IMG/VR virus record: IMGVR_UViG_3300049846_000430
Coordinates: 1-64,000 of that record
Origin: a virus
DNA length: 64,000 bases
Strand: one strand, 5' to 3'
The first letter of the stretch is position 1, and each line of letters begins with the position of its first letter. A program made the position numbers and the translations under genes. Of the stretch, positions 26,454-38,100 are shown in pieces. Under the pieces are notes generated by a model. It saw only the letters and a program-made list of their open reading frames with translations. It searched no databases and was not told where the DNA came from.

Positions 26454-29400
26454 ATGGCGGAAAATAACTTTACAAACACCTCATCTATAGAAACCAATGT
26501 TTTTATAAAAGGGATGGTTAAAGATCCTAATGCCTCTTTTGTGCAAAAGGATAACTGGACACATGCCCGTAATACAGTTAACAATTCTGTTGATGGTGAT
26601 GTTGCTGTTATAGGTAATGAACCATCAAACATTCAATGTGCAAGTATACCATATCCAATCATTGGAGCTATTCACACATATAGAGATCAGTGGGTCATAT
26701 TTGCAACAGATGATGTAAACTCTGAGATTGGTTTATTTGATGACAGTGAATGTAAGTATACAACTCTTATTAATGCCCCGTGTCTTAACTTTAATAGAAA
26801 GCATCTTATTACTGGTGCTGCTAAAGAAAACTTTGATTGTACCTGGCAGGTTTATTGGGATGATGGAAACAATCCTTCCAGAACTTTAAATATAGATAGA
26901 ATACCTTACATAAGATTTATTGTATCTCCACCTGGAGCTGATTGTGTTGAATATGCAGATACAACAGAACTTGATTGTGAGAAAATAAGATTAGCACCAT
27001 TACTTACTACTCCGTGTGTAAAGCTTACAAAAGCAGCAGATGGAGGTCAGTTAAGAAATGGTTCTTTTCAGGCATTTATTGCATACACAGTAAATGGTCA
27101 GAGACAAACTGATTACATTGGTGTTTCTAATGTACAGAGTTTGTTTGATCATAATGATCTTGCAGGATCTTTACATATCAGTGTAACCAATCTTGATAAG
27201 GAATTTGATTACTATGAGCTTGTAATACTTAGTAATAACACTCAGAATACTGTTGCTAAAAGAATTGGTTTATACAGTACAGAGCAATCTGATATTACAA
27301 TAGACTATATTGATCAGTCTCTTGTTAGTGTACCTCTTGAGGTTTTACCTCTAAGATCTCCAGCATATGAGAAGTCAGAGCAAATGTACACAGTTAATGA
27401 CTGGCTTATAAGATCTGGTCCTACTGAACAATTTGATTTTAACTACCAACCCCTTGCAAATCAAATTCAAACTAACTGGGTAGTAGCTGAGTATCCTGAG
27501 AACTATTATTACAAAGGTGGTAATAGTACAGGATTCATGAGAGATGAGCAGTATGCTTTTTTTATAAGATGGATATACAATACTGGTGAAAGATCATCTT
27601 CATATCACATACCAGGAAGAGGACCAAGAGTAGTTGGTCAGAATCAGTTTGGAGATTTTATTGATGAGACAGCAATTAATGTTGGTCAAAATTCACTTTC
27701 ACCGGATGAGTATAACTTTCAGGTATTTAATACTGCTACTCAAACAGCTGGACCTTTAAACATTCCAACAGATGATGGTGGTGTTATCATTGCTAAAGGT
27801 GATATGGCATACTGGGAATCTACAGAAAGATACCCAGCTACAAGACCAGACATTTGGAATGCAAACAACAACCCTGCGGCTCCATGGGCAACAAGCGGTA
27901 ATCCTCAGCATGATCTCTGTGGTAAACCTATTAGGCATCATAAAATGCCTTCAGAAGAAACGTCACCATTATTAGTAATTCATAATACTACTAACAAGAC
28001 AATTAGAATTCTTGGTGTTGAGTTTAGTAACATAGCTCTTCCAAGATTTAATGATGGATCTATAATTCCAAACATTGTTGGTTATGAATTACTAAGAGGA
28101 TCTAGAGAAGGTCAAAAGTCAATCTTGGCAAAAGGAATATTCCGTAATATGCGGGCTTATACAATTCCTGATGCAGAGAATGATGCTATTAAACTTGAAG
28201 GCTTATATCCTAATTACCCTTATAATGATCTTAGAGCTGATGTTTATTTCCATGATGGAACAGGCGGTAAAAGAACTGATAAGTGTGAAAATAGTTTCAG
28301 CAGTTCAAAAAGCAATTATCCACCTATAACTGGTTTTAAACAAGATGTATTTACATTCCATGGCCCAGACTTAATGTTCAAAAGACCATTCTTGAGTGCT
28401 TATGAAACAAGATTATATGGTGCACTACATGGAGATGCTGTTGGATATTTTATAAAATCAGAGAATCATCCTCAAAATAAACTGCTTAGAAATGGTGGTG
28501 TATTATTAGCTGCTATTATAGGAATTGGTTATGCAATCAGTCAAATACAAGGAACAAGAAGTGAAACATTTGATCCTGCAACTACAGCAATAAGTTCAAC
28601 TACTGGTACAATACTTGGACAGACTACCGGAAATATCGGTCCAGTAGGAGTAAACCTTCCTTTTGCTGCTGGTATATCAACAGCTGCAGGAATTGCATTA
28701 AATACACTAATGAATGTTCCAATTACTGGTGTAAATACGTTTTATTTAAATCCTTTAACTTCAGATGCATCAAAACTCCCATCTTTAGTAGATGGTAATG
28801 CTACTAATGCAGCTGCATTTGCTGTAAATATTAACTCTCATGCTCAAGCAGGTTTAACTCCAGGATTAATAGGCGGTAAATACAGTCTTAATTATACATA
28901 TAATAGTCCTACATCATCTTTGCCACAACTTTTAAAAGGCGTATTTTCTGTTGCTGTATTAAGTATAACAAATATTGCCATTGGTGCTCAAGAGATTATT
29001 GACCTTTTATATAATCTTGTAGCATTTAGTGACTTTGCATATAAGCATAACTCACATGGTCTTTATAGTGAATATGCAAAGACTCTTGATCAAAACACAA
29101 TCTATAGAAGTAAGAATACAGATTCAAATTATATAGGAAGTAGTTTTCAAGGATTTGGTGCATCTTATAAGATTAACAATCTATTTAGACCAGGTACAGT
29201 TGCAGTAGAAACACAGAATTCTTTTTCTATTCCTGAAGTATTTACCGGCTTACCAATAAAAGACATATCTAGATATACAATAGGTGGAGATGCTACTGAT
29301 GACTTTGGTAATACTTTTATGAATGATCCTGGTCAAAAGCAGAAAAAGAAAATTTCAGCTTTGTATGGAGCTCTCAAGTTTGGTTTTGAAAATCAATATG

Positions 29401-32400
29401 GTCAGTTGGATGGTATTAAACAAGTTCAGATGCGTGGATGCATTGAACTTGTTGAAACTAATAATCCATTAAAGAAATATACATCTCAAGCAATATTTTC
29501 TGGTGACACATATGTTGGTAGATATACAGAGAAGACTATCATGCCAATCTTTACAGATTTTCTGTATGGTCAACCTGATCAATATCCGTATGACTATCTG
29601 AAAAGAGTGAATATTCCTTATCCAAGATTTTGGATGGATACAAGAAAATATGATACATCTGCTTTAGCTAGAGCAATAATGGCTCCTGGTATATTGTTTG
29701 GTATTAATGGAACAACTATAAACAACTTATTACCTAATGATTTATTTTATTTGGATAGAGGTTCTGGAACATGTAGTATTTTTGATCAAATTGTAGATAA
29801 AGATGATCTTAACTCTGCATTTGCAATGCGTACAGCATATATGTACACACATTGCAGTGGTATTCAAGATTTTTATATTGAATCAGAAATAAACCTTGCA
29901 CAAAGAGATTGGGAAGATGATCCTAGATATAGACACTATGATCCATATGAGTACAACAATGTAGATGATCTGTTTAATGCTGCTATTATCAGAGATGGTA
30001 ATTTCTACAAGTATGACTACTCTTTAAGTATAAGCAGGTTCCTAACTAATTTTTCAAGCTTTGGTAACATGCAGATGAGGGACTATGATCCTTTAGTTGC
30101 AGAGAAATGTTACAGCTACTATCCTAAGAGATTGATATATTCTTTGCAGGCTCAGCTTGAAGCAAAGAAGGATTTCTGGAGAGTATTTCTGCCCAACAAT
30201 TATAAAGACTTTAAGAGTAAGGTTAATGTAATAAAACCAATCAACAAGAGTGGTGCTCTTATATTCTTCCCTTATTTGTCACCACAAATGTTCCAGGGTC
30301 TTGATACTCTTGAAACAGATCTTGGTACTAAACTTACTATTGGTGATGGTGGTCTATTTAGTCAACCATTCCAGAATGTTGCAAACTCAGATCTTCCAAA
30401 TGAATATGGTTCATGTGAAAGTTCAAGAAGTGTAATCAATACACCTTTTGGTTTATTCTTTATTTCACAAGCACAAGGTAAAGTATTCCAATACACCGGC
30501 AATCTTGTAAACATTGCTAATGCTGGAATGAAATGGTGGTTTAATAAGTACTTGCCATCTGTGCTTATAAGACAATTCCCAGAACTTGAAGATTCAAAAC
30601 TTTCAGATAACCCGGTTATTGGTATAGGATGTCAAGCAATATATGATATCAATGATGATATAGTTTACTTTACTAAGAAAGACTATGCTGTAAGAGAAGA
30701 GTATTTGAACATTATGTCCTATGATCCAGTAACACAAAAGTTTCTTTTGAATAGTACAACTGTAGTTCCTCTTGGTGATCCTCTTTTCTTTGAGAACTGT
30801 TCATGGACTGTATCATATGATCCTAAAGCAAATGCTTGGATATCATTCCATGATTGGCATCCTGATTTGGTTCTTCCTAGCATAAGACACTTCTTAACAG
30901 CAAAAACTCAAGCAACAAATGAACCTCAGTGTCCTCCTAACTACAATTATAATCCTGTTACAGGCAAATGTGAAAGAACACAGCAAATAACAGAGAAAGC
31001 CCCAGTGGTTGTTAATGAAGTAATTTCTCCTATTGTTGGTAGTCCTTCTGGATGTTTTATTGATATTGTTATAGCTGTTGATGTATCATTAAGTACTGGA
31101 GGTGCAAGTGCTCCAATTGGTCAAGCGGAAAGATTATTTGTAACAGAATTTATAAATCATCCTACTATACAAGCAGGAATGACTGCTGGTAAAATCCAAA
31201 TAGGATTTGTTACATATGCACAATCCGTTAATATATGGGCAGATCCACTTACAGGAATTACAATGAGTAATACTGTAACTGCTGTTGATGCTGATGCGTT
31301 TCTTGTTAGTAATTTTGCTTCTCCAGGTGCTGGGACAGATCTTATTGATGCAATGAATGATGCTCAGAATGTTTTAAATGCTAAGGGTAATTCTTCATTA
31401 GGAAGTAGAGTTGTTCAGCCAAGTTTTAAGCAACACATGATTGTTCTTACTGATCTTGATAATTCTCCTCCTATATTTGCGGGAGTTGGTTGTCAATATC
31501 AGTCAGTAACATTTGGACCTCCATGTACTGGAAACTATAGGCAGTTTGTAAGTGCTGTATATGTTGATGCAACTAATCCTGTTCCAACATCAACTATTCT
31601 TTCAGAAATTACTTGTGGTCAACCAAGTCTTGAGTATGGAATTGCGGGAAATAATCTTGGAGATGTAGAAAATATTGTAAATGATATTGCAAATTTTACA
31701 TGTGAACCAGGTGGATATTCTTGCTCATGTCCTGCTGGATATACACTTGTATATAAAGATCTTAATAAAAATACATATACCTCGCCAACTGGAGTTTGTC
31801 ATCCTGAGTATGAAAGACTGTGTAGAAAAGTGACATGCAATTGTCCACCACCTCCTTTCCCAGGATCTGTTACTACACAATCAGGTATATGTGATGATGT
31901 ATATTTAGTTGGTGATCCAAACTACGTCAATAACAATCCTGTAATATGCAAGTACTACACATTACAACAGACACCTCCAAGTTATACACTTGGCACATTG
32001 TGGAGACATAATGACCGTTGTGATTCTTATTCTAACTTCTATGGTATTTCTTATCCATGGGAAGTTGAATTTACAGAAACCACCGGTCAGAATGTAAATA
32101 CTCTAAGAAGTATTGAATATCAGTTGGAGTGTTATGTGTATAAGGGTGATCTTATAAATGAATGTGGTGATGATAGATGGCATGATCTGGATTGGAACTT
32201 TGATGAAGCCATTATATACAACACAGAACAAGTTTCAGGATTACTTAGACTTGAACTTAATCCTAAAGATGATCCCTTTGGTATGATGCAGTATCCTATC
32301 ATAGGTCCAAGTGATATCAGGATTCTTTTCTCTAAAGAAGAACAGAAGTACAGATTTAATCAGTTCTGGGATATTACTAAAGACCGTGGTGAATTTACAT

Positions 32401-32606
32401 CTGCACAAGACAGGATTTTCTTTACTCAACTTAACGGATATATACGTGATCTTAATGCAGCTAATATGAATTATCAGAAGCCTTCAGATCAACGTAAGAA
32501 GTTCAGACACTACTACAATAGAGTTATTCTTAGAAGACAAAACTCTGAGAATAGAAAAATGCTCCTTAAATTAGCAAACACAAAACTTAATCTTTCATTC
32601 AGATAA
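26454..32606 (+). CDS. Tail stabilisation / muzzle protein with inserted vWA and Cys-rich domains
   Basis: FIKGMVKD...WTHARN...GNEPSN N-terminus, GFMRDEQYAFFIRW, WTVSYDPKANAWISFHDWHP and LWRHN C-terminal motifs; DVSLS MIDAS insertion. Confidence 0.75.
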   Translation: MAENNFTNTSSIETNVFIKGMVKDPNASFVQKDNWTHARNTVNNSVDGDVAVIGNEPSNIQCASIPYPIIGAIHTYRDQWVIFATDDVNSEIGLFDDSECKYTTLINAPCLNFNRKHLITGAAKENFDCTWQVYWDDGNNPSRTLNIDRIPYIRFIVSPPGADCVEYADTTELDCEKIRLAPLLTTPCVKLTKAADGGQLRNGSFQAFIAYTVNGQRQTDYIGVSNVQSLFDHNDLAGSLHISVTNLDKEFDYYELVILSNNTQNTVAKRIGLYSTEQSDITIDYIDQSLVSVPLEVLPLRSPAYEKSEQMYTVNDWLIRSGPTEQFDFNYQPLANQIQTNWVVAEYPENYYYKGGNSTGFMRDEQYAFFIRWIYNTGERSSSYHIPGRGPRVVGQNQFGDFIDETAINVGQNSLSPDEYNFQVFNTATQTAGPLNIPTDDGGVIIAKGDMAYWESTERYPATRPDIWNANNNPAAPWATSGNPQHDLCGKPIRHHKMPSEETSPLLVIHNTTNKTIRILGVEFSNIALPRFNDGSIIPNIVGYELLRGSREGQKSILAKGIFRNMRAYTIPDAENDAIKLEGLYPNYPYNDLRADVYFHDGTGGKRTDKCENSFSSSKSNYPPITGFKQDVFTFHGPDLMFKRPFLSAYETRLYGALHGDAVGYFIKSENHPQNKLLRNGGVLLAAIIGIGYAISQIQGTRSETFDPATTAISSTTGTILGQTTGNIGPVGVNLPFAAGISTAAGIALNTLMNVPITGVNTFYLNPLTSDASKLPSLVDGNATNAAAFAVNINSHAQAGLTPGLIGGKYSLNYTYNSPTSSLPQLLKGVFSVAVLSITNIAIGAQEIIDLLYNLVAFSDFAYKHNSHGLYSEYAKTLDQNTIYRSKNTDSNYIGSSFQGFGASYKINNLFRPGTVAVETQNSFSIPEVFTGLPIKDISRYTIGGDATDDFGNTFMNDPGQKQKKKISALYGALKFGFENQYGQLDGIKQVQMRGCIELVETNNPLKKYTSQAIFSGDTYVGRYTEKTIMPIFTDFLYGQPDQYPYDYLKRVNIPYPRFWMDTRKYDTSALARAIMAPGILFGINGTTINNLLPNDLFYLDRGSGTCSIFDQIVDKDDLNSAFAMRTAYMYTHCSGIQDFYIESEINLAQRDWEDDPRYRHYDPYEYNNVDDLFNAAIIRDGNFYKYDYSLSISRFLTNFSSFGNMQMRDYDPLVAEKCYSYYPKRLIYSLQAQLEAKKDFWRVFLPNNYKDFKSKVNVIKPINKSGALIFFPYLSPQMFQGLDTLETDLGTKLTIGDGGLFSQPFQNVANSDLPNEYGSCESSRSVINTPFGLFFISQAQGKVFQYTGNLVNIANAGMKWWFNKYLPSVLIRQFPELEDSKLSDNPVIGIGCQAIYDINDDIVYFTKKDYAVREEYLNIMSYDPVTQKFLLNSTTVVPLGDPLFFENCSWTVSYDPKANAWISFHDWHPDLVLPSIRHFLTAKTQATNEPQCPPNYNYNPVTGKCERTQQITEKAPVVVNEVISPIVGSPSGCFIDIVIAVDVSLSTGGASAPIGQAERLFVTEFINHPTIQAGMTAGKIQIGFVTYAQSVNIWADPLTGITMSNTVTAVDADAFLVSNFASPGAGTDLIDAMNDAQNVLNAKGNSSLGSRVVQPSFKQHMIVLTDLDNSPPIFAGVGCQYQSVTFGPPCTGNYRQFVSAVYVDATNPVPTSTILSEITCGQPSLEYGIAGNNLGDVENIVNDIANFTCEPGGYSCSCPAGYTLVYKDLNKNTYTSPTGVCHPEYERLCRKVTCNCPPPPFPGSVTTQSGICDDVYLVGDPNYVNNNPVICKYYTLQQTPPSYTLGTLWRHNDRCDSYSNFYGISYPWEVEFTETTGQNVNTLRSIEYQLECYVYKGDLINECGDDRWHDLDWNFDEAIIYNTEQVSGLLRLELNPKDDPFGMMQYPIIGPSDIRILFSKEEQKYRFNQFWDITKDRGEFTSAQDRIFFTQLNGYIRDLNAANMNYQKPSDQRKKFRHYYNRVILRRQNSENRKMLLKLANTKLNLSFR

Positions 32607-32607
32607 T

Positions 32608-35190
32608 ATGCAAAAGTCTTTTAGATACTCTGACAGAAGAGGATTACCAGGTGGTCCAAATGAAGAATCCTCTTTTGGTGAGGGATTTATTGTCAGTGAA
32701 AGAGGTCAATGGGATTATCCGGGTATGAATACTCTGGTTCCTACAGATGGCAACATTACAATGCAGGGTGTTCCATATCCGGTAATGGCACAACCCGTAT
32801 ATCCAGATTGGGCACAGCCTGCTATTGGACCCGCAACAATGATGTATCCAGATCAAGATTATTATTTTCCTGGTGCAGTGGCTGTTGCAGAAACACCTAT
32901 GGCAAGATATGGTGGTGGGTTAAGAAAGTATCAAACTGGTAAAGAAGTTAATAATAATGCTGCAGTTAGCAATGGTAATCTTCCTTATGATCCTAATTGG
33001 CAAGATATCAAAACACTAGAGGAAATAAGGATTTCTCCTTATATGAGAATGAGGTCACAACTTGATACTCCTGAAGCAAGAGATCAATGGATAGATGAAA
33101 ATCTCCCAAAGTTCTCAAGATCAATGGGTATTAATAGAGATAACTGGAATCCAAATGAATGGGAAAAATATCAGAAGCACATAAACACAAAACTTGCAGA
33201 AGATATTTTTAAAAGAAAACCTTTTACTGCTGGTGATGGAAGTAGATTGGAGAATTTAAAAAGATATACACCTGAAGAACTGAATATCATTAAAGGATCT
33301 AGTTATGCGAATAAAATTGAACCTACTGTTTGGGAAAAATTTGAACAAGGTTTATTATCTATTGGTAATGTTGGAAGTCCTGTTAAGTTTAAAAATGAAA
33401 ATTTAACTCAAGAGGAAGCAAGACAAGAAAGTACTCCTTTAAATCTACTTCAACCACTTTCTATTCCACAAAAAATGGTTCAGGCTGGTTTTGAGAGAAT
33501 AAGACCTACTGTAACTGGGGGGTATACTATGTCAGAAGCTTTGTCTGGTGTGGAGAATGATGCACCAATGGCTGACAAATTTTATACAGATCCTCTCAAT
33601 TTTGTTGGTATGGGGTTATTTAAAGGTTTAGGTACAGGCTCAACAATAGGAAGAAATATTGGTAGATTTGGTGAAGCTGTAAATTATGTACCAGAAGATA
33701 TTGCAGGTTTTGCTAATATTGGATCTGATGCAGCAACCACTGCTTCAAAAATTAATCCTAAAGCCACACAGTTGACATTTGATTTTGGTCTTCCAAAAGC
33801 TCCTGTTAATGATGATCCATTTGGAGTTTACACTTCAGCTGAAAAATTAATTAATGATCTTCAGAAGATAAAAGAAACAGAAAAAAATGTTAAAAATCTA
33901 AGTGATTATGAAAACACAATACAGGAAGTTTTTGGAGGTCTTGAGGGTTATAAAAAAGCAAAAAATTTATATAAAGGGGATAATTCTGAATATTTAACAT
34001 TTGATCAACTTGTAGAAAAAATAAAAGGAAAAGCTTCTGAAAACATAAAGCAAAGTTCTTTAAATCTTCAAAAACCTATTACTTCTGAAAAAATAACTTA
34101 TCAGAAACCATTAAGTACTGATCAGGAGTATATTGATTGGGCAAATAAAATTCATCCAGATTTGGCCCGTATAGCTACACCAGAAGAACTTAGACAAGCT
34201 CATATTGAGGCCCTTGATTATTTTGGTAAAAGCCCTGTTGGACTTGAGGGTAAAGAATATGGAATGTATATGAGGAATAAATTTGCTGATAGAATTCCAT
34301 CATATACATATCCAACATCATATGATTTTGAAGGAAACATTTTACATTTTCCTCCTGATCATCCACATACTTCTTTTATGCCTTGGGGAACAGCTGAAAC
34401 CGCATCATTAAAACATGGCAATAGGTATACTACACTACTAGATGATATATTGAGAAATCAAGGTTATAGTACTCAATTTTTAACACCTCAAGAAGTAAAT
34501 GCAATTTATGGATATGCTAAAGGTTATGATGCACCAATAAACGGTGTATTAAGAGCTCAATCTGCTCAGTATAACCCTTCTTTATTAAATAGTCTTAATC
34601 TTTCTCTTAAAACTAAACCAGGATCTAAAACTGCTGAATTTTATGGTGACATTGCTGAGATGCTTAATCAAGGTATTCAAAGAAATAAACTAAGAAATCC
34701 AATCTCAGTTAAGAGAGGCATTGGTTCAGATTATAATGTTGAATTACTTCATCCTACAACTTTTGAACCTACTGGTCAAATAGTAAAAAGATCAGAACTC
34801 AATGTAGGAGATATTTTTAAAGATGCTTCATTTTTATCTTCAAGTCATCAAGGACCTCTTTATGAGTGGGGAACACCTGGACTTTCAGAATATATAGATT
34901 TACCAGGAGGAGGTATTCAATCATATGCATACCCAAATGCTTTATCTTGGTCTCCATTTTTAAATGAGTTTGAATTTATTTTGCCAAAAAATCTTGTACG
35001 TAGGGTAGAATTAATTACTGATAATCCAATGTCTGCTGGATACAAGTATAGAACTTCTATTTTAAATCCATATCAAATGGGAGGCACTGAAGATGAATCA
35101 GATGAACAATTTCCAATGGGTGCAATGAATGTAAACATACAAGATATACCTGATGATGTGCTTGCAATAATGATAGCCAATAACAGATAA
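32608..35190 (+). CDS. Putative ejected cargo protein with C-terminal ADP-ribosyltransferase domain
   Basis: AIYGYAKGYDAPINGVLR, VKRG (R), FLSSS (S) and NEFEFILP (ExE) motifs of the R-S-E ART clade; flanked by RYGGG and YQMGG motifs. Confidence 0.7.
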   Translation: MQKSFRYSDRRGLPGGPNEESSFGEGFIVSERGQWDYPGMNTLVPTDGNITMQGVPYPVMAQPVYPDWAQPAIGPATMMYPDQDYYFPGAVAVAETPMARYGGGLRKYQTGKEVNNNAAVSNGNLPYDPNWQDIKTLEEIRISPYMRMRSQLDTPEARDQWIDENLPKFSRSMGINRDNWNPNEWEKYQKHINTKLAEDIFKRKPFTAGDGSRLENLKRYTPEELNIIKGSSYANKIEPTVWEKFEQGLLSIGNVGSPVKFKNENLTQEEARQESTPLNLLQPLSIPQKMVQAGFERIRPTVTGGYTMSEALSGVENDAPMADKFYTDPLNFVGMGLFKGLGTGSTIGRNIGRFGEAVNYVPEDIAGFANIGSDAATTASKINPKATQLTFDFGLPKAPVNDDPFGVYTSAEKLINDLQKIKETEKNVKNLSDYENTIQEVFGGLEGYKKAKNLYKGDNSEYLTFDQLVEKIKGKASENIKQSSLNLQKPITSEKITYQKPLSTDQEYIDWANKIHPDLARIATPEELRQAHIEALDYFGKSPVGLEGKEYGMYMRNKFADRIPSYTYPTSYDFEGNILHFPPDHPHTSFMPWGTAETASLKHGNRYTTLLDDILRNQGYSTQFLTPQEVNAIYGYAKGYDAPINGVLRAQSAQYNPSLLNSLNLSLKTKPGSKTAEFYGDIAEMLNQGIQRNKLRNPISVKRGIGSDYNVELLHPTTFEPTGQIVKRSELNVGDIFKDASFLSSSHQGPLYEWGTPGLSEYIDLPGGGIQSYAYPNALSWSPFLNEFEFILPKNLVRRVELITDNPMSAGYKYRTSILNPYQMGGTEDESDEQFPMGAMNVNIQDIPDDVLAIMIANNR

Positions 35191-35191
35191 C

Positions 35192-38100
35192 ATGAACTGG
35201 AAAGAATTTACAATGAAGTATGGTGGTGGACTCACTAAGTATCAAAAGAGAGGTGAGTTCAATTGGAAGACATATAAGGATGTAGGCATACAGACTTTAC
35301 CAAGTAAATCTCAAATAGTTGCTGCTCAAGGACAACAAAGGGATAATGTCTATGTTAATCCTGTTGTAAAAAATGCAGCTCAGTTGCAAAGGATAAATCA
35401 AATAGAGGAAGAAGAAAGACAAAGAAGAATTCAAGAAACTGCAGATAGAGTGCGAGGCACACTAAGAGCAACTACTGATGCAGATATAGAAGCTCAAAAT
35501 AGAGAAGACTATACACTTACAGGAAGAGCAAGAAGTCTTGGTAGAGGAGATTTTAACCCTTTAGTTGTAGCAGCCAGTGCTGCAGATTTGATTAATCCTG
35601 CTTCCTATTGGTATGCCGGTAAAGATTTTGGAAGAGGTGTAAAACAAACTGGAGAAGGGATAGTTAATCTAGATCCAGAACAAATAGGTTCTGGATTATT
35701 ACAAACAGGATTAAGTGCTTTACAATTGTATCCCGGAGCATCTACTGCCAGATCTGTTATAAAAGGAGCTGCTCCACGTCTATTTGGTTCTACAATGTCC
35801 AGTCAAGCTAATGATTTTTTAAGATCTGTAAGATCAATGGATGACTTTGCTACTGGCTCGCCATCTGTTTATAGAACTCAGCCAGGATTAAGTTCAGGAC
35901 CAATAAGTTCAACACCTGCTATATCAAGAGTTGGTAGTACTTCTGGACAAGCATTTATCCCATCTGCAAAACAAACCGGTAAGTATTCTCCTAGTATTGT
36001 TAGTGATTTAAGCTCGTTTTTTGCTCCATTTAATCCTAAAAATTTACAAACAAATTCCGGATTAGAATGGATGAAGCAGTGGTATTCAGATCCTGATATT
36101 ATAAGAAGAACTGAAGGTAATTTTCCAAAAGGATTTTCAAAATTTTCAATTATAATGGATTCCGATAATATTGGATCTAAAGCTCTAAAACATTTTAAAA
36201 ATAAATTAAATGCATATGAACCAAAAAATTATATTGATTTATTGAAAGATCGTGGGTTAAAAAAATATCTTCAAGCAAGTATGGGAAGTAAAGGACTTTC
36301 TGCTGGCTATCCTTCAGGTATATATGTCAATAGGACAGCTGCATTTCCTTTTGACAAGAGAGGATTAGAATCTACCAGAGTACATGAATTAACTCATTTA
36401 ATAGAGCATAATGGTGCTATTTTTAATGATGATAACATTAAGTCATTACTAAAACCTTTTGGATATTCTTCCTTATCTGAAGTTCCTGAAAATAAAACTT
36501 TGAGTTTTATAGATAGAGAAATAAGGGGTATTAATCCTGAATATTATTTAGAGCCTAGTGAAATACATGCTAGAATGAATCAAGGAAGATTTAATTTTAA
36601 TCTTACACCAAAAGATCAATTTACCACTAAAATGTTTGATGAAATATCTAAAAAATATGATTGGTATGGAATGGGAAGATATATAAAAGATAAAGATGCT
36701 TTTATAGATTTAATGAATAATTTTTGGGCAATACCTGCAACAGTTGGTATTGGTGCCGGAGCTTATCAACAGTTTAATCAAAAACCTCAAGGAACTTATC
36801 AGTATGGTGGTCCTACTATAGATTTAAAGCTTCCTCAGTTTGAAGAAGATAAACCCAGACCTTTCTTTGAAATGAGTGGTGCTGGCACTGGACCACAATA
36901 TGATATGTTTGGTTATGGTTATATTCCTCTTGGTAAGAACTTAGGTATATCTGCAGATCTAATGAGATGGAAAGAAGGAGATTGGCGTGGTGGTAGATAT
37001 GGTATAAGCGGAAACATAAACATTCCAATTAACAGAGGTGAGAGAAGAACACGTCCGGATATGAAAGATCCAGTAATGTATCAATATGGAGGAGCATCAA
37101 GAGCTGATACTTTAAATCTTTTAGCAAATACTAGAGCAGTTCGGAATTATTATACGGGAAGGGACTATACACCTGATGTAAATTATACTGGACGTAACTT
37201 GGTAAGCCCGTCAACATCAATGTATAAAAATATATGGGAGGCTTTAAAAGCAGATAGAAGTGGTTTTATAGCTACCAATGCTGCATATGGTATTGTAACA
37301 CCCTCAGGTCAAAGAAAATTAAGTATGAGTGATTACTATAGACCAATTGACCGTAATAAATTTTATCAAAGGGAAGATCAAAATCTTATTTTAGATACTA
37401 GAGCTCCAATGCAACTTTATGATAAGAGAATTGAACCTACTGGTGTATTGGGATATACTAATATAAAACCAAGTGATCCTATGTCATCAGATATAATTCA
37501 TTTTTATACTTATGATCCTATATCTATTACACCTTGGGATATGCTTAGTACAAAACAGAAAAAGCAAAGGATTAATAAGTATGGTGTTTCTGGCACTCCT
37601 TATGAAAGTAAGCAAGACTTTATAGAAAAGACATCTGATCAAGAAGTTATTAGAAAACAAAAACTTCTCAAAGAAGCTGGCTTATATAAAGGGGAAATTG
37701 ATGGTGACTGGGGAACCGGTTCTGAGAAAGCTTGGAAAAAGTATATGGAATTAAATACAATTCCAACAACTACAAATACTTCAAACACCATATCAGAGAC
37801 TCAAGTAATTCCCAGCACCCCAAGATTTAATATTCAAGGTATTATAGCAGATCAATATGTTCCAGATGCAAAAGATCAAACATCTAGAGAATATAGATAT
37901 AGGATAAATACTGATAAAGGTTTTGATGTAATTAAAAGCAAAAAAGATTTTGAAGAATGGAAACAAAGAAATGCAGCAGAGTATCAACCTTATTATCAAA
38001 GATCAACAAATGCTCCTATAGACTATAATAAAGGAAGAATACAAGAATATCTAGAAACACCCACCCTAATGTATACTGGAGATGGTACAAGAAGAAGTGG

